Origin: Candidatus Sumerlaeia bacterium
Lineage (GTDB): Bacteria; Sumerlaeota; Sumerlaeia; JADFCW01
Assembly: GCA_026415575.1 (NCBI GenBank)
Contig: JAOAGV010000011.1
Coordinates: forward strand, 625 to 64,624
Length of the DNA stretch: 64,000 bases
Direction of reading: 5' to 3'
Part shown: positions 19,859 through 29,455 of the stretch, piece by piece
Numbering within the stretch: position 1 is the stretch's first letter
Layout of the letters: each line of letters starts with the position of its first letter
Position numbers and translations under genes: made by a program
The notes under the pieces: generated by a model
Database searches by the model: none
Seen by the model: the letters and a program-made list of their open reading frames with translations, nothing else
Told to the model about the DNA's origin: nothing

Positions 19859-22800
19859 ATGTTTTTCAAACGACTCGAAATGGTGGGCTTCAAGTCTTTC
19901 GCCACCAAGACAGTGTTGGAGTTTCTGCCGGGAATCACGGTCATCGTGGGTCCCAACGGTTGCGGCAAGAGCAACGTTTTCGACGCCGTGCGCTGGGCGC
20001 TGGGTGAACAGCGGGCGCGGTCGCTTCGCGGCCAGCGCATGGGCGACGTGATTTTCTCGGGCAGCACATCGGTCAAAGCCCAATCCATGGCCTCAGTGAC
20101 GCTGGTGATCAACAACGAGGACCGGCGGCTGCCGATTGACTTTACGGAAATTCAGGTGGCCCGCAAACTTTACAAAGTCGGCGCCGAGGAATACGAAAGC
20201 GAATACTATCTCAACCGAACCCCCTGCCGGCTGCGCGAAATCACCGACCTGTTTATGGACACGGGAGTCGGAACGGACTCCTATTCGATCATGGAGCAGG
20301 GACAGGTGGATTTCATCATCAACGCGCGGCCCAATGAGCGGCGGTTTCTGTTCGACGAAGCGGTGGGGATTTCCAAATACCGCACGCGGCGCGAAGAGGC
20401 GTTGCGCAAACTCGAGCGCGCCGAAGCTGATCTGGTGCGGTTGAATGACATTCTGTCGGAGCTGAAGACGCGCCTCCGTTCGCTGAAGATTCAGGCCAAC
20501 CGTGCCGAGCGCTACAAACAACTGGTGGCCGAAGTCCGCCAACTCGAACGCAACTTGCTGCTGCTCAGCTATCGCGAATTGCTGGCGGAAAAACAGCGCG
20601 TGGACGACCAGTTCGACTCGCTCAACGCCGTCGTGCAGGGCTGGATTGCGCAGATAGCCCAACTGGAGCAGGCCCTGTTGGACAAGCAGGTCGAGATGGA
20701 CGCTCTTGACCGCGACATTCAGTCCGCTCGGTCGCGCCGGTCGGAAACCTCGGCCGAACTTGAGCGGGTGCAAAGCCATCGGGCTGTTCTGCGCGAGCGG
20801 ATCGAAACAACCGAGGCGCAAATGCGGCGCGACGAAGCGCAAATCGCCTCGCTGCGCCAGAGCCGCGAGGAGTTAATCGAGCGCCGCGCCCGTCTGGCCG
20901 GCCAAATCGCTGAAGTCGCCGCGGAACTGAACCGGCTGGATGCGGAATATCAGACCCGGCGCGAGCAATTTGAGGAACTTCTCAAGACACAGTCCGATGC
21001 ACGCGAGCGTCTCGCTGCATTGCGGGAACAAACCCGTCGGGCCGTCGAAGAAAAAACCCGCCATGAAAACGAGCACCGCATTGCGGGCCTGATGAAACAA
21101 CAAGCCCTCGAAAACCTCGCCCAAGCCCAAGGGCAGCGGGAGCAAATCGCCGCCCGCCGTCTTGCTCTTGACGAGCGGCTGGCCGCGCTCCAAACCCACC
21201 GGGCTGCCTTGGCCGAACGGATCGCGCACCTGCAGAGCGAAATCGAGCGGCTGGAAGCAGTGCGGCGCGACCACGCCGAGCAACTGCGCGCGCTCGAACA
21301 GGAAAAAGCAGCGACAGCCCGCGCCCGCAGCGATGCCGACTCGCGCCGCCAAGCGCTTCGCTCCCTTCAGGACAACTATGAAGGCTATGTGCGCGGCGTG
21401 CGCGAACTCATGAATGCCGCCGGACGCGGCGACCTCGCCGGCGTGGTCGGCATCCTTCCCAACTGCATCGAATCCCGCCCCGAAGACGACCTCGCCATCG
21501 AGACTGCACTGGCCGGCCACTTGCAGGACATTCTTGTCGAAACCGAGGAGACTGCACTGGCCGGCATCGAACTTCTGCGACAAGGCCAGCTGGGCCGGGC
21601 CACCTTCCTTCCCCTTGACCGCATCGCCCCGCCGCCTCGCGATCCCCTGCTGACGGCTCTCGTCACCCGTGAGGGTGTGGTGGGAATCGCGGCCGATCTG
21701 GTCCGCTGCGAGGAGCGTCTGGTCCGCGCGGTCGAAGCGATCCTCGGGCAGACGGCCATTGTCGAAACCCTCGAAACGGCCCGCACGCTGCGCGACGAGG
21801 GCTATGCCGTTCGTTTTGTCGCGCGCGACGGAACAGTGCTGGCGGCCGACGGCTCGATCAGCGGCGGCCATGTGCGGGCAACGGGCCTCCTCGGTCGCGA
21901 GCGCGAAATCCGCGAACTGGGCGGGCAGATAGCCCTTTGCGACGAACGGCTCCAACAGATCGAAGCGCAAATTGCCGGACAGACCTCGGCCCTCGAAGCG
22001 GCCGCCGCGGAGCGCGAATCGGTTCAGGGCCGTCTCGCCCAAGCGCGCACAGAGCTGGCGGCCATGGACCGCGACATTGAGCGCGCCGCCGAGGATCGCA
22101 CCGAGGCCCTCCGCGCGCTGGAACTGGCCCAGCGGGAAATCGAGCGGCTTCAGCAGAAGATCGCCGAATATGAGCGGGCAGTCGAAGAGCATCGGCAGGC
22201 GCTGGACGCAAGCGATGCACGCAACGCCGAGCTGGCCTCGCAGCTGGCGCAAAGCGAGCAGGCCCGCGAAAGCCACGACCGCCAGGTCGCGCTCCTGCAG
22301 GAATCACTGGCGCAGATGCTGGCGCAGGTGTCCGCTGCGCGTGAGCGCCATGAGGCCGCCCGCCAGCGTCTGGCGGAGATGGACAATGAACTGCGGCGAA
22401 GCGACGGGCAAATTCTTCAGCATCAACAGCAGCTGGAATCGCTTGCCCAGACGCTCGATCACGCCGTCGCCGAATTGGACGACAGCCGCCAGCGCCACGA
22501 GGAATTGACCGCCGCGCTGGCGGAGCTCGACCGCCAGATCGCCGGCCAGTTGGCCGCGCGCGAGGCGGCCCACGACGCGGTGCAGCAGTTACAGCATGAG
22601 GTTCATGCGCTCCAGCGCCAGCGCAATGAGCAGCAGAATGATCTGCACGAAATAGACCGGCGCCGGGCGCAGTGCGAGGTGCAAATCCAGAACCTCAACG
22701 AGCAGGCGCAGGAGAAATTCCACGCACCGATCGCCCAACTGGCCGAAGAGACCAGCCGCGTGGACAAGCCCCGCGAGCAAATCGTGGCCGAGATCGCCGA

Positions 22801-23443
22801 CCTGCGCGGCCGGATCGAGTCCATGGGCGAAGTCAATGTGATCGCCATCGAGGAACACCGCCAGTTGTCCGAGCGGTTCGATTTTCTCGAACGCCAGCGG
22901 CTGGATCTCGAAGAGGCGCGAACGTCGCTTCGCAAGACCATCCAGACCATAGATGAAACCAGCACCGAAAGGTTCAACGAGGGCATGGCCAGTATCCGCG
23001 AGAAATTCCACGAGACGTTCCGGCGGCTGTTTGGCGGCGGGCGGGCCGATTTGATCCTGACCGAACCGGACGACGTTCTGAATTCCGGCGTCGAGATTGT
23101 GGCCCAACCGCCCGGCAAGCAGCCGCAAAGTATCACGTTGCTTTCGGGCGGCGAAAAGGCCATGACCGCCATCGCCCTGCTTTTCGGCATCTTCCTCCAC
23201 CGGCCCAGCCCGTTCTGCGTGCTCGATGAGATTGATGCGCCCTTGGACGATGCAAATATCGAGCGCTTCAAAGACATGGTCTCGGAGTTCAGCAAGAACG
23301 TCCAGTTCATCATCATCACCCACAACAAACAAACCATGGCGCTGGCCGATACTCTATATGGGGTGACGATGGAAGAGCCGGGAGTTTCGCGCATTGTCTC
23401 GGTGCGATTTGATCAGATCGAACAAACCGCCTTTGCGGGATGA
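19859..23443 (+). CDS. smc: Chromosome segregation protein SMC
   Basis: GFKSF, Walker A GPNGCGKSN, hinge GRATFLPL, LSGGEK, VLDEIDAPLD and IITH motifs; 1194 aa. Confidence 0.97.
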   Translation: MFFKRLEMVGFKSFATKTVLEFLPGITVIVGPNGCGKSNVFDAVRWALGEQRARSLRGQRMGDVIFSGSTSVKAQSMASVTLVINNEDRRLPIDFTEIQVARKLYKVGAEEYESEYYLNRTPCRLREITDLFMDTGVGTDSYSIMEQGQVDFIINARPNERRFLFDEAVGISKYRTRREEALRKLERAEADLVRLNDILSELKTRLRSLKIQANRAERYKQLVAEVRQLERNLLLLSYRELLAEKQRVDDQFDSLNAVVQGWIAQIAQLEQALLDKQVEMDALDRDIQSARSRRSETSAELERVQSHRAVLRERIETTEAQMRRDEAQIASLRQSREELIERRARLAGQIAEVAAELNRLDAEYQTRREQFEELLKTQSDARERLAALREQTRRAVEEKTRHENEHRIAGLMKQQALENLAQAQGQREQIAARRLALDERLAALQTHRAALAERIAHLQSEIERLEAVRRDHAEQLRALEQEKAATARARSDADSRRQALRSLQDNYEGYVRGVRELMNAAGRGDLAGVVGILPNCIESRPEDDLAIETALAGHLQDILVETEETALAGIELLRQGQLGRATFLPLDRIAPPPRDPLLTALVTREGVVGIAADLVRCEERLVRAVEAILGQTAIVETLETARTLRDEGYAVRFVARDGTVLAADGSISGGHVRATGLLGREREIRELGGQIALCDERLQQIEAQIAGQTSALEAAAAERESVQGRLAQARTELAAMDRDIERAAEDRTEALRALELAQREIERLQQKIAEYERAVEEHRQALDASDARNAELASQLAQSEQARESHDRQVALLQESLAQMLAQVSAARERHEAARQRLAEMDNELRRSDGQILQHQQQLESLAQTLDHAVAELDDSRQRHEELTAALAELDRQIAGQLAAREAAHDAVQQLQHEVHALQRQRNEQQNDLHEIDRRRAQCEVQIQNLNEQAQEKFHAPIAQLAEETSRVDKPREQIVAEIADLRGRIESMGEVNVIAIEEHRQLSERFDFLERQRLDLEEARTSLRKTIQTIDETSTERFNEGMASIREKFHETFRRLFGGGRADLILTEPDDVLNSGVEIVAQPPGKQPQSITLLSGGEKAMTAIALLFGIFLHRPSPFCVLDEIDAPLDDANIERFKDMVSEFSKNVQFIIITHNKQTMALADTLYGVTMEEPGVSRIVSVRFDQIEQTAFAG

Positions 23444-23608
23444 TCGGGTGCGGCCGGAGAGCGGTTTGCCGCAACGTAAAAGTGTTTGACAAATGCGGCA
23501 TTTGAAGCGCAGATATTCCTTCCTTGATTTGTGGTGGTTGAAGCGGGAGTTCATTCTGACCATTGATGCCGGTTCTTGTTGGTAAATTGCAGAAAGGAGC
23601 AAACGAAC

Positions 23609-24349
23609 ATGGGTAAAGGGATGAGCACTCTAATTCACTGGGTGTGGGCCGGGGTGGTCATGGCGGCCTTGATTGGCTGCGGGCCGGACGTCCGCAAGGA
23701 CCCGTTTATTGCCGACAAGTTTACGCAGATAGACAATGCGCTGGCCAAAACCAAAGACCTTCCGACGCGAATGCAGGAACTCAACGATGAACTGACCGCC
23801 CTGAAAAGCAGCATGAAGGCTCTGCGGGCCGACGCGCTATCGGCCTCGACCCCGATTGCCTTGGCCAACCGGGTCAATCAAATTGATCAGCGCGTGAGTG
23901 CGATTGAGGGACGGTTAGCCGCGCTGGAAGGCGCAATCAAGGCCTTGGGCAAAGGGGCGGCGGCAGTGCCGGCGGCTCCGACAAAAGTCGCGGCGACCCC
24001 CGCTGCACCTGCGCCGGCTGCCCCGACCAAAGCGGCGGCTCCGGTGCCCGCGCCCAAAGCCACTCCCATCGCCTTGAAAACCGGCGCACCCGCCGCACCG
24101 ACTTCCCCCGTCAAAACAGCGGCAAAAGCACCGTCCTCCGCCGCCAAGGCAACCGGCACCGGACGGGCGGGTCAGGCCGTAACGCCCAAAACCACCGCCG
24201 GCTATTACATTGTCGTCGAAGGCGATACCTTGCAGAGCATCGCCCGCAAACGGGGTGTAACGGTCGAAGCGATTTTGCGCGCGAACACTTTCCTGCGCAG
24301 CGACACCACCTTAATGCCGGGTCAACAACTGTGGATTCCGGCCAAATAA
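23609..24349 (+). CDS. Lipoprotein with coiled coil, Ala/Pro-rich linker and C-terminal LysM domain
   Basis: AAAGGAG RBS; lipobox LIGC; LysM YIVVEGDTLQSIARKRGVTVEAILRAN...PGQQLWIP. Confidence 0.85.
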   Translation: MGKGMSTLIHWVWAGVVMAALIGCGPDVRKDPFIADKFTQIDNALAKTKDLPTRMQELNDELTALKSSMKALRADALSASTPIALANRVNQIDQRVSAIEGRLAALEGAIKALGKGAAAVPAAPTKVAATPAAPAPAAPTKAAAPVPAPKATPIALKTGAPAAPTSPVKTAAKAPSSAAKATGTGRAGQAVTPKTTAGYYIVVEGDTLQSIARKRGVTVEAILRANTFLRSDTTLMPGQQLWIPAK

Positions 24350-24382
24350 AACACGCGAACGTTTGATGCAGGCAGATCAACC

Positions 24383-24422
24383 GGTCGCCTCGCGATTGAA
24401 AATCGCGGGGCGATCTTTGTTT
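24383..24422 (+). terminator. Intrinsic terminator after LysM gene
   Basis: 15-bp stem GGTCGCCTCGCGATT/AATCGCGGGGCGATC (includes G-U pairs) followed by TTTGTTT. Confidence 0.7.
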
Positions 24423-24493
24423 GGGGCACACACCCTTCTTTATGCTGATGAACCGCCAATTCGGCAACATTCACAGGCAACGAGGCGCGATGA

Positions 24494-25177
24494 ATGTCGG
24501 AGCGAATCGTCAAACTTCGGGTAATCCGCAAGCGCGGTCGGCACCGCGTTTGTGTGGAGCTGAGCAGCGGCGAGTCCATCGAGGTGGCCCCGGAAGCCGC
24601 CGTTGGACGACATTTGAAGTCCGGCGATGAACTGCGCGCGGAAGAGATTGAGACCCTGCGTGCCGAGGATGAAACGCTACGCGCCCGCCAGCGTCTGGCG
24701 CAGTATCTGGCCCTGCGCGTCAAGTCGGTCGCCAATGCGCGGCTCTATCTGGAAAAAGCTGGTTTCAGCGAGAGGGCAATAAACACAGCTTTATCCGACG
24801 CCCTCGCAAATGGGTTGCTTGACGATCACCGGTTCGCCTTGCGGTATGTGCGCACGAAGCGAAAAGTCGGCGGGGTCGGACCCTTGCGGCTGGTTCATGA
24901 GCTGATTGCGCATGGCGTCGAGCCGTCGCTGGCCGAAGAGATTGTGAGGCAGGAGTTGGGTTCGGATCAGGAGCAGCGCGCGGCCGATGTGCTGGCACGG
25001 AAACTGGCACAAAAGTTCGCCCACGCCGGCGAAACCGCCGACGCCGTTCGGCGCATTTGCGATTCGCTTCGCCGCAGGGGATTCAATGACGACATTGCCT
25101 ATGCCGCCGCCGAGCGTGCGGTGAAGGACCTGCCCAACAATCCCATGCGGCCGCCCTCCACAATCTGCGATATGTGA
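24494..25177 (+). CDS. recX: Regulatory protein RecX
   Basis: YLALRVKS, GLLDDHRFA..YVR, GPLRLVHEL..HGV and LRRRGF three-helix repeats. Confidence 0.82.
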   Translation: MSERIVKLRVIRKRGRHRVCVELSSGESIEVAPEAAVGRHLKSGDELRAEEIETLRAEDETLRARQRLAQYLALRVKSVANARLYLEKAGFSERAINTALSDALANGLLDDHRFALRYVRTKRKVGGVGPLRLVHELIAHGVEPSLAEEIVRQELGSDQEQRAADVLARKLAQKFAHAGETADAVRRICDSLRRRGFNDDIAYAAAERAVKDLPNNPMRPPSTICDM

Positions 25178-25289
25178 ACGTATCAAAAACGGGGCGGGAA
25201 AAATACCGGCCAAAAGGCTCGTGGCGCAAACCTCCGTTTGTTGGATGTCCAACCCTTTGGAGTGAGCGCGGCCAAGTTCTGCAAGAGCC

Positions 25290-26405
25290 TTACCAGCTTT
25301 TTGCTTTTGCCACGTGCTCGAGGACGCGGACAATGCGCTGGGCGGCGCGGCCGTCCCAGTATTTTGGAATCCTGCCGGCTTTCCATTTGCCCGCGAGAAT
25401 GCGCTCGACGCCGGCGAGGATTTTCGCGCGATCGCGTCCCACCAGCTCGCTCGTCCCCTCGGCCACGGTGATCGGCCGTTCGGTGTTTTCGCGAAGGGTC
25501 AGGCATGGAACGCGCAAGACAGTCGTTTCCTCCTGAATGCCGCCGCTGTCGGTCAGAACCAACCGTGCATCCATCATCAGTTTCATAAAGTCGAGGTAAC
25601 CCAGCGGCTCGATTAGGAGAATGTTTGGATGGCGGGCGGCGCGGCGGAGGCCGGGCGAGGCCTCGATTCTCGCGCGCGTTCGTGGATGAAGGGGAAAAAC
25701 CACCGGTAGGCGCTCTGCCACTTCGCGGAGTGTTCCAAGAAAATGGCGCAAGTCGCCCGGACGGTCCACATTGCTGGGGCGGTGAAGCGTCAGCAGGGCA
25801 TAGCCGTGCGGCACCAGCCCGAGCCGTCCGACCACGTCCGACTTTTCGGCGAGAGGGCGGAACCGTTTCAGCGAGTCTATCATCACATTGCCGACAAAGT
25901 GGATCTTCCGCCGGTCAATGCCCTCTGCCACAAGATTGTCAATCGCGTCCTTGCAGGTAACGAACAGAAGGTCGCTAATCTGGTCGGTCAGCAGGCGATT
26001 GATTTCTTCGGGCATCGTGCGGTCGCGGCTGCGCAGGCCCGCCTCGACATGGACTACCCGGACGCCCAGTTTGACCGCCACCAACGCACAGGCAATCGTC
26101 GAGTTGACATCGCCGACCACAAGGACGGCGTCGGGCCGCAGGCGCTCGACCACGGGCTCGAACCGCGTCATGATGGCCGCGGTTTGTTGGGCGTGCGAGC
26201 TGCTGCCAACCTCGAGGTTGACATCGGGCCGCGGCAGGCCCATCTCATCGAAAAACAGCTTCGACATGTTGTGGTCGTAGTGTTGGCCTGTGTGAACAAG
26301 CCACGAGCGCAGGCGCCGCGATGTCTTCATCGCCGCGACAATCGGGGCAATCTTGACGAAATTCGGCCGCGCACCGACGACATTGAGGATTTTCATGCGC
26401 TTCAT
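25290..26405 (-). CDS. wecB: UDP-N-acetylglucosamine 2-epimerase (non-hydrolysing)
   Basis: VVGARPNFVK, HTGQHYD, HVEAGLRS, MPEEINR, TLHRPSNVD, TDSGGIQEE and TERP motifs. Confidence 0.95.
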   Translation of the reverse strand: MKRMKILNVVGARPNFVKIAPIVAAMKTSRRLRSWLVHTGQHYDHNMSKLFFDEMGLPRPDVNLEVGSSSHAQQTAAIMTRFEPVVERLRPDAVLVVGDVNSTIACALVAVKLGVRVVHVEAGLRSRDRTMPEEINRLLTDQISDLLFVTCKDAIDNLVAEGIDRRKIHFVGNVMIDSLKRFRPLAEKSDVVGRLGLVPHGYALLTLHRPSNVDRPGDLRHFLGTLREVAERLPVVFPLHPRTRARIEASPGLRRAARHPNILLIEPLGYLDFMKLMMDARLVLTDSGGIQEETTVLRVPCLTLRENTERPITVAEGTSELVGRDRAKILAGVERILAGKWKAGRIPKYWDGRAAQRIVRVLEHVAKAKSW

Positions 26406-26416
26406 CCCATCCAGAA

Positions 26417-27358
26417 TTATGGCCGGCGATCCAAAGCCGAAAAATACGATTCCACAAACCGATACTCCAACACGCGCTCGTACCATCGCTGCGGCAATGC
26501 AATGCCCGCGAGATCCGCCGCCGCAATCATCCGTGTCAACAGTGCATTGTGCAGGCGCCGTCTCCGCCCCAGCCGCGTCCGGTGCGCCTCGCACGGGATC
26601 AGGCCTTCGTCAGCGCGCAGCTCCGGATACTTCTGCGCAAACCGAACCATGCTTTCGCCCAGACGCTCCATCCGCACGACAAATTCCCAGAACCGGATAA
26701 CATGGTCGTGCCAGGCCAGCGCCGGCCGGTGGAACACAATCCGCAGCCCGCGCTTCTCCAGCCGATAGCCCAAGTCGGCGTCTTCGAGCACGGCATACGG
26801 ATACTCCTCGTCAAACCGTTCGAGGTCCAGCCAATGCCGCGCCAGCGAAATGTTCGATGTATAAAAGAACTGATAGCCGCAATGGTTCGGATCGCGGATT
26901 GTGGCATAGCGGAATTGGGGGCCTCGGTCGGGTGCCAGATAGCGCATGAACGGCGTGACGGGCAGGTCGGGCGCCCAGTCGGTAAAGCCCAGAATCGCGC
27001 AGTCCTCACGGCCCTTGGCCGCCGCCAGATGTTCGGCCAGAAGCGGCCGCGAAGCGACAATATCGTCGCCAAGAAACAAAATTCGCGCCCCGCGCGCCGC
27101 CTCAATCCCGCGGTTGCGTGCGGCCGCCGGTCCCCGCTTTGGCTCGATCAGCACCGTTGTGCGAAACGGCGCCGTCGCCGCCGCCCGCTGCACGTCCGCC
27201 AGCTGCGACGGGCTGCTGCCATTGTCCACAATTACTACATCAAAGCGCTCCGGTGCAAGCGTTTGCTGCTTCAGCGCCAGAAGACAGCACGCCAGCTGCT
27301 CCGCGCGGTTCAATGTCGGAATAATCACCGTCAACTCGCGATCCACCGCCGTGCTCAT
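26417..27358 (-). CDS. Glycosyltransferase family 2
   Basis: TVIIPTLNR, VVIVDNGS, GPAAARNRG, FLGDD and EDADLGYRL motifs. ATGA overlap with the upstream radical SAM gene. Confidence 0.9.
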   Translation of the reverse strand: MSTAVDRELTVIIPTLNRAEQLACCLLALKQQTLAPERFDVVIVDNGSSPSQLADVQRAAATAPFRTTVLIEPKRGPAAARNRGIEAARGARILFLGDDIVASRPLLAEHLAAAKGREDCAILGFTDWAPDLPVTPFMRYLAPDRGPQFRYATIRDPNHCGYQFFYTSNISLARHWLDLERFDEEYPYAVLEDADLGYRLEKRGLRIVFHRPALAWHDHVIRFWEFVVRMERLGESMVRFAQKYPELRADEGLIPCEAHRTRLGRRRRLHNALLTRMIAAADLAGIALPQRWYERVLEYRFVESYFSALDRRP

Positions 27359-28431
27359 CGGAAAATCCTGTAGAGCCGCCCCCGCAGCCGCAGCCAGCGC
27401 TCCAGCCAGCGCCGCCGCCGCTCGTTCGGAATGCCGTGAACGGCAAAGGCCTCGTAGAGGAATACACAATGCGTGCAACTGCACCGCGTGCCGACAATGG
27501 TCTGGCGCTCGGCCGCAGCCTCGGGCGACTGCAACACGGCGTGCAGGTCGTAAGCGCTTTGCCGCAGGTCGCCCACGACGCCGCGCAACTCGCAGGCCCG
27601 AACGCGTCCGTCCGACTCGATCACCGCCACCTCGCGCCCCGCCGGACAGGACGCCGGCCACCGCCCCCCGCGAAGCACGCGTTCCTGCCAGCGGTGCAAC
27701 TCACGCAAGTAGGGGGTTTCGTGCGGCCAGCGGCGCTTTTCCGCGTCGCCATGATAAAGCAAATGGTTGCGCAGCACGAGCCGGTTGATTCGCCGCAGCG
27801 CGCGATACGGCGGAAGCGCCAGACGGCTGTCACGTGGGGCGCCGCGAAGCAGCTCGACGTAGTGGCCGTTCACGTCCAGATGCTCCCGCACATAGTCGAG
27901 CAATTCAGGCAGATGCCGCCAGTTGGCATCGAACACCACGGTCGAGACATTGACGCGGAGCCGGTCGCATTGTTGGCGCAATTCCGCCACCATGCGAACC
28001 GTCTCGCAGGCTTTCTCGAAGGCGCCGGGCACCCCGCGTATGGCGTCATGTTTGGCTCCCACGCCGTCGAGCGACACGTTCACATCGAGCGCCATTCCCG
28101 GACACAGTTCGAGGATGCGCCGGGTGAAAAGCCGCGCGCGCTCGGGTAGAAGACCGTTGGTCGGCAGGCCGACGTTGCGCAGGCGGTTGCTGAGAAAAAA
28201 TGCCGCAACAACTTCCGGCAGGTCGTTGCGCAGCGTCGGTTCGCCGCCGGACAGAAGAAGCGTTTCAAGCGGGCCGATTTTTGCCGCAACCGCTTCAACT
28301 TCCTGCAGCGACAGATCGGGCCCTGCTCCGTCCATCTCCTTCCAATAAAAGCAGGTCTGGCAGCGCGAATTGCAGCGCGACGTGACAAAATAAATTACAT
28401 AGCGAAGGGGACTGGCAGGGGTGGTGTTCAA
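27355..28431 (-). CDS. Radical SAM protein with Twitch/SPASM domain (TTG start uncertain)
   Basis: CNSRCQTC, SGGEP, PTNG, SLDG and HDAIRG motifs; C-terminal CPAG...DGRVRACE...CSCTHC. Confidence 0.85.
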   Translation of the reverse strand: MNTTPASPLRYVIYFVTSRCNSRCQTCFYWKEMDGAGPDLSLQEVEAVAAKIGPLETLLLSGGEPTLRNDLPEVVAAFFLSNRLRNVGLPTNGLLPERARLFTRRILELCPGMALDVNVSLDGVGAKHDAIRGVPGAFEKACETVRMVAELRQQCDRLRVNVSTVVFDANWRHLPELLDYVREHLDVNGHYVELLRGAPRDSRLALPPYRALRRINRLVLRNHLLYHGDAEKRRWPHETPYLRELHRWQERVLRGGRWPASCPAGREVAVIESDGRVRACELRGVVGDLRQSAYDLHAVLQSPEAAAERQTIVGTRCSCTHCVFLYEAFAVHGIPNERRRRWLERWLRLRGRLYRIFR

Positions 28432-28631
28432 CGGAAGATTCTTACGATTTCGATGTGAAATTTGCGCTCGGAGAATTTTGCATTTTTGAATCTTGGATTG
28501 AGAGTTGGACTGTGACGTCCACGTTACGTTGCATTTTTGTGCAGGGCGATTTCGAAAACCTTTGGCCGAAGTTTTGTTTTTTTTTGAATTGATAAATTGC
28601 GGTCGTGTCGTGTTCCTTCCGTTGCGGTGTT

Positions 28632-29003
28632 CTATGCCGAGGCATCTTCGTGCAGAGCAAGGCGCACTTTTTCCTTCAGGTCGTCGAGGTCCACCGGTTT
28701 GGTCAGATACGCAAACACCTCGGCGTCCCAGATCGTAAAGTCGTCCTTCAATCCGCGCACGGCCGTGCACATGATCACGGGCAGGTCGGGGTGCTTTTCC
28801 CGAATGGCATGCAACACCTCGATGCCCGTCATGTCGGCCATGCGGATGTCGAGGATGACAAGGTCGGGAGGCGAGGCGGCGATTTTTTGCAACGCTTCGG
28901 CGCCCGACTCGGCCAGCTCAACAATATAGCCGGCCTCTTCGAGCTCGTCCCTAAACAAAATCCGGATGTTCTTTTCATCATCAACCACAAGGATTCGGTG
29001 CAT
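28632..29003 (-). CDS. Single-domain response regulator (receiver only)
   Basis: ILVVDDE, LVILDIRM, IMCTA and YLTKPV motifs; GGGAGG RBS. Confidence 0.92.
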   Translation of the reverse strand: MHRILVVDDEKNIRILFRDELEEAGYIVELAESGAEALQKIAASPPDLVILDIRMADMTGIEVLHAIREKHPDLPVIMCTAVRGLKDDFTIWDAEVFAYLTKPVDLDDLKEKVRLALHEDASA

Positions 29004-29348
29004 GGCAGCCTCCCGGACACTCGCGCCGAATGGAATCAGACCCGTTCCCCGCTCTTGGCGGGCCGCAATGCAAAGCCAAGATGAATCGCACAGCCCGCCG
29101 GTTTCAACGAATTTCTTTGTCCCGTTCCTGCCTCCTGATTTTTCAAGGCCTTGCCGCATGCCAAGGCGCCAAAACACAAAGTCTTCCTTGGATTTCAGTT
29201 CGTCTCAGAAGAATCTGACCTTCTGCACTAACGCACACGACCGCTTGGCAGAATCATGAATGTTTCTTTTTGTTGTATCCGTGCCTTTGCGCCATGCTCT
29301 GTACGAGCGATCGCAGCCTGCCCTTCTGCCCGTGGACGCGAAAAGGTC

Positions 29349-29379
29349 TTGACGCGCGACCCTCTTTTTCCGCTATATT
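29349..29379 (+). promoter_or_regulatory. Putative sigma70 promoter of the GH57-like gene
   Basis: TTGACG ... TATATT with a 19-bp spacer (longer than ideal). Confidence 0.35.
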
Positions 29380-29455
29380 AGCCAAAGCTGGGTTTGCGTA
29401 AAGGGCCAAAGAGAATTCACAATTGAGAATCATTCCTAACTAGCTGGCGAAGGTT

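Noticed and set aside
24494..25177. recX without adjacent recA
   Set aside because: Unlinked recX is common in several phyla, so this is not unusual.
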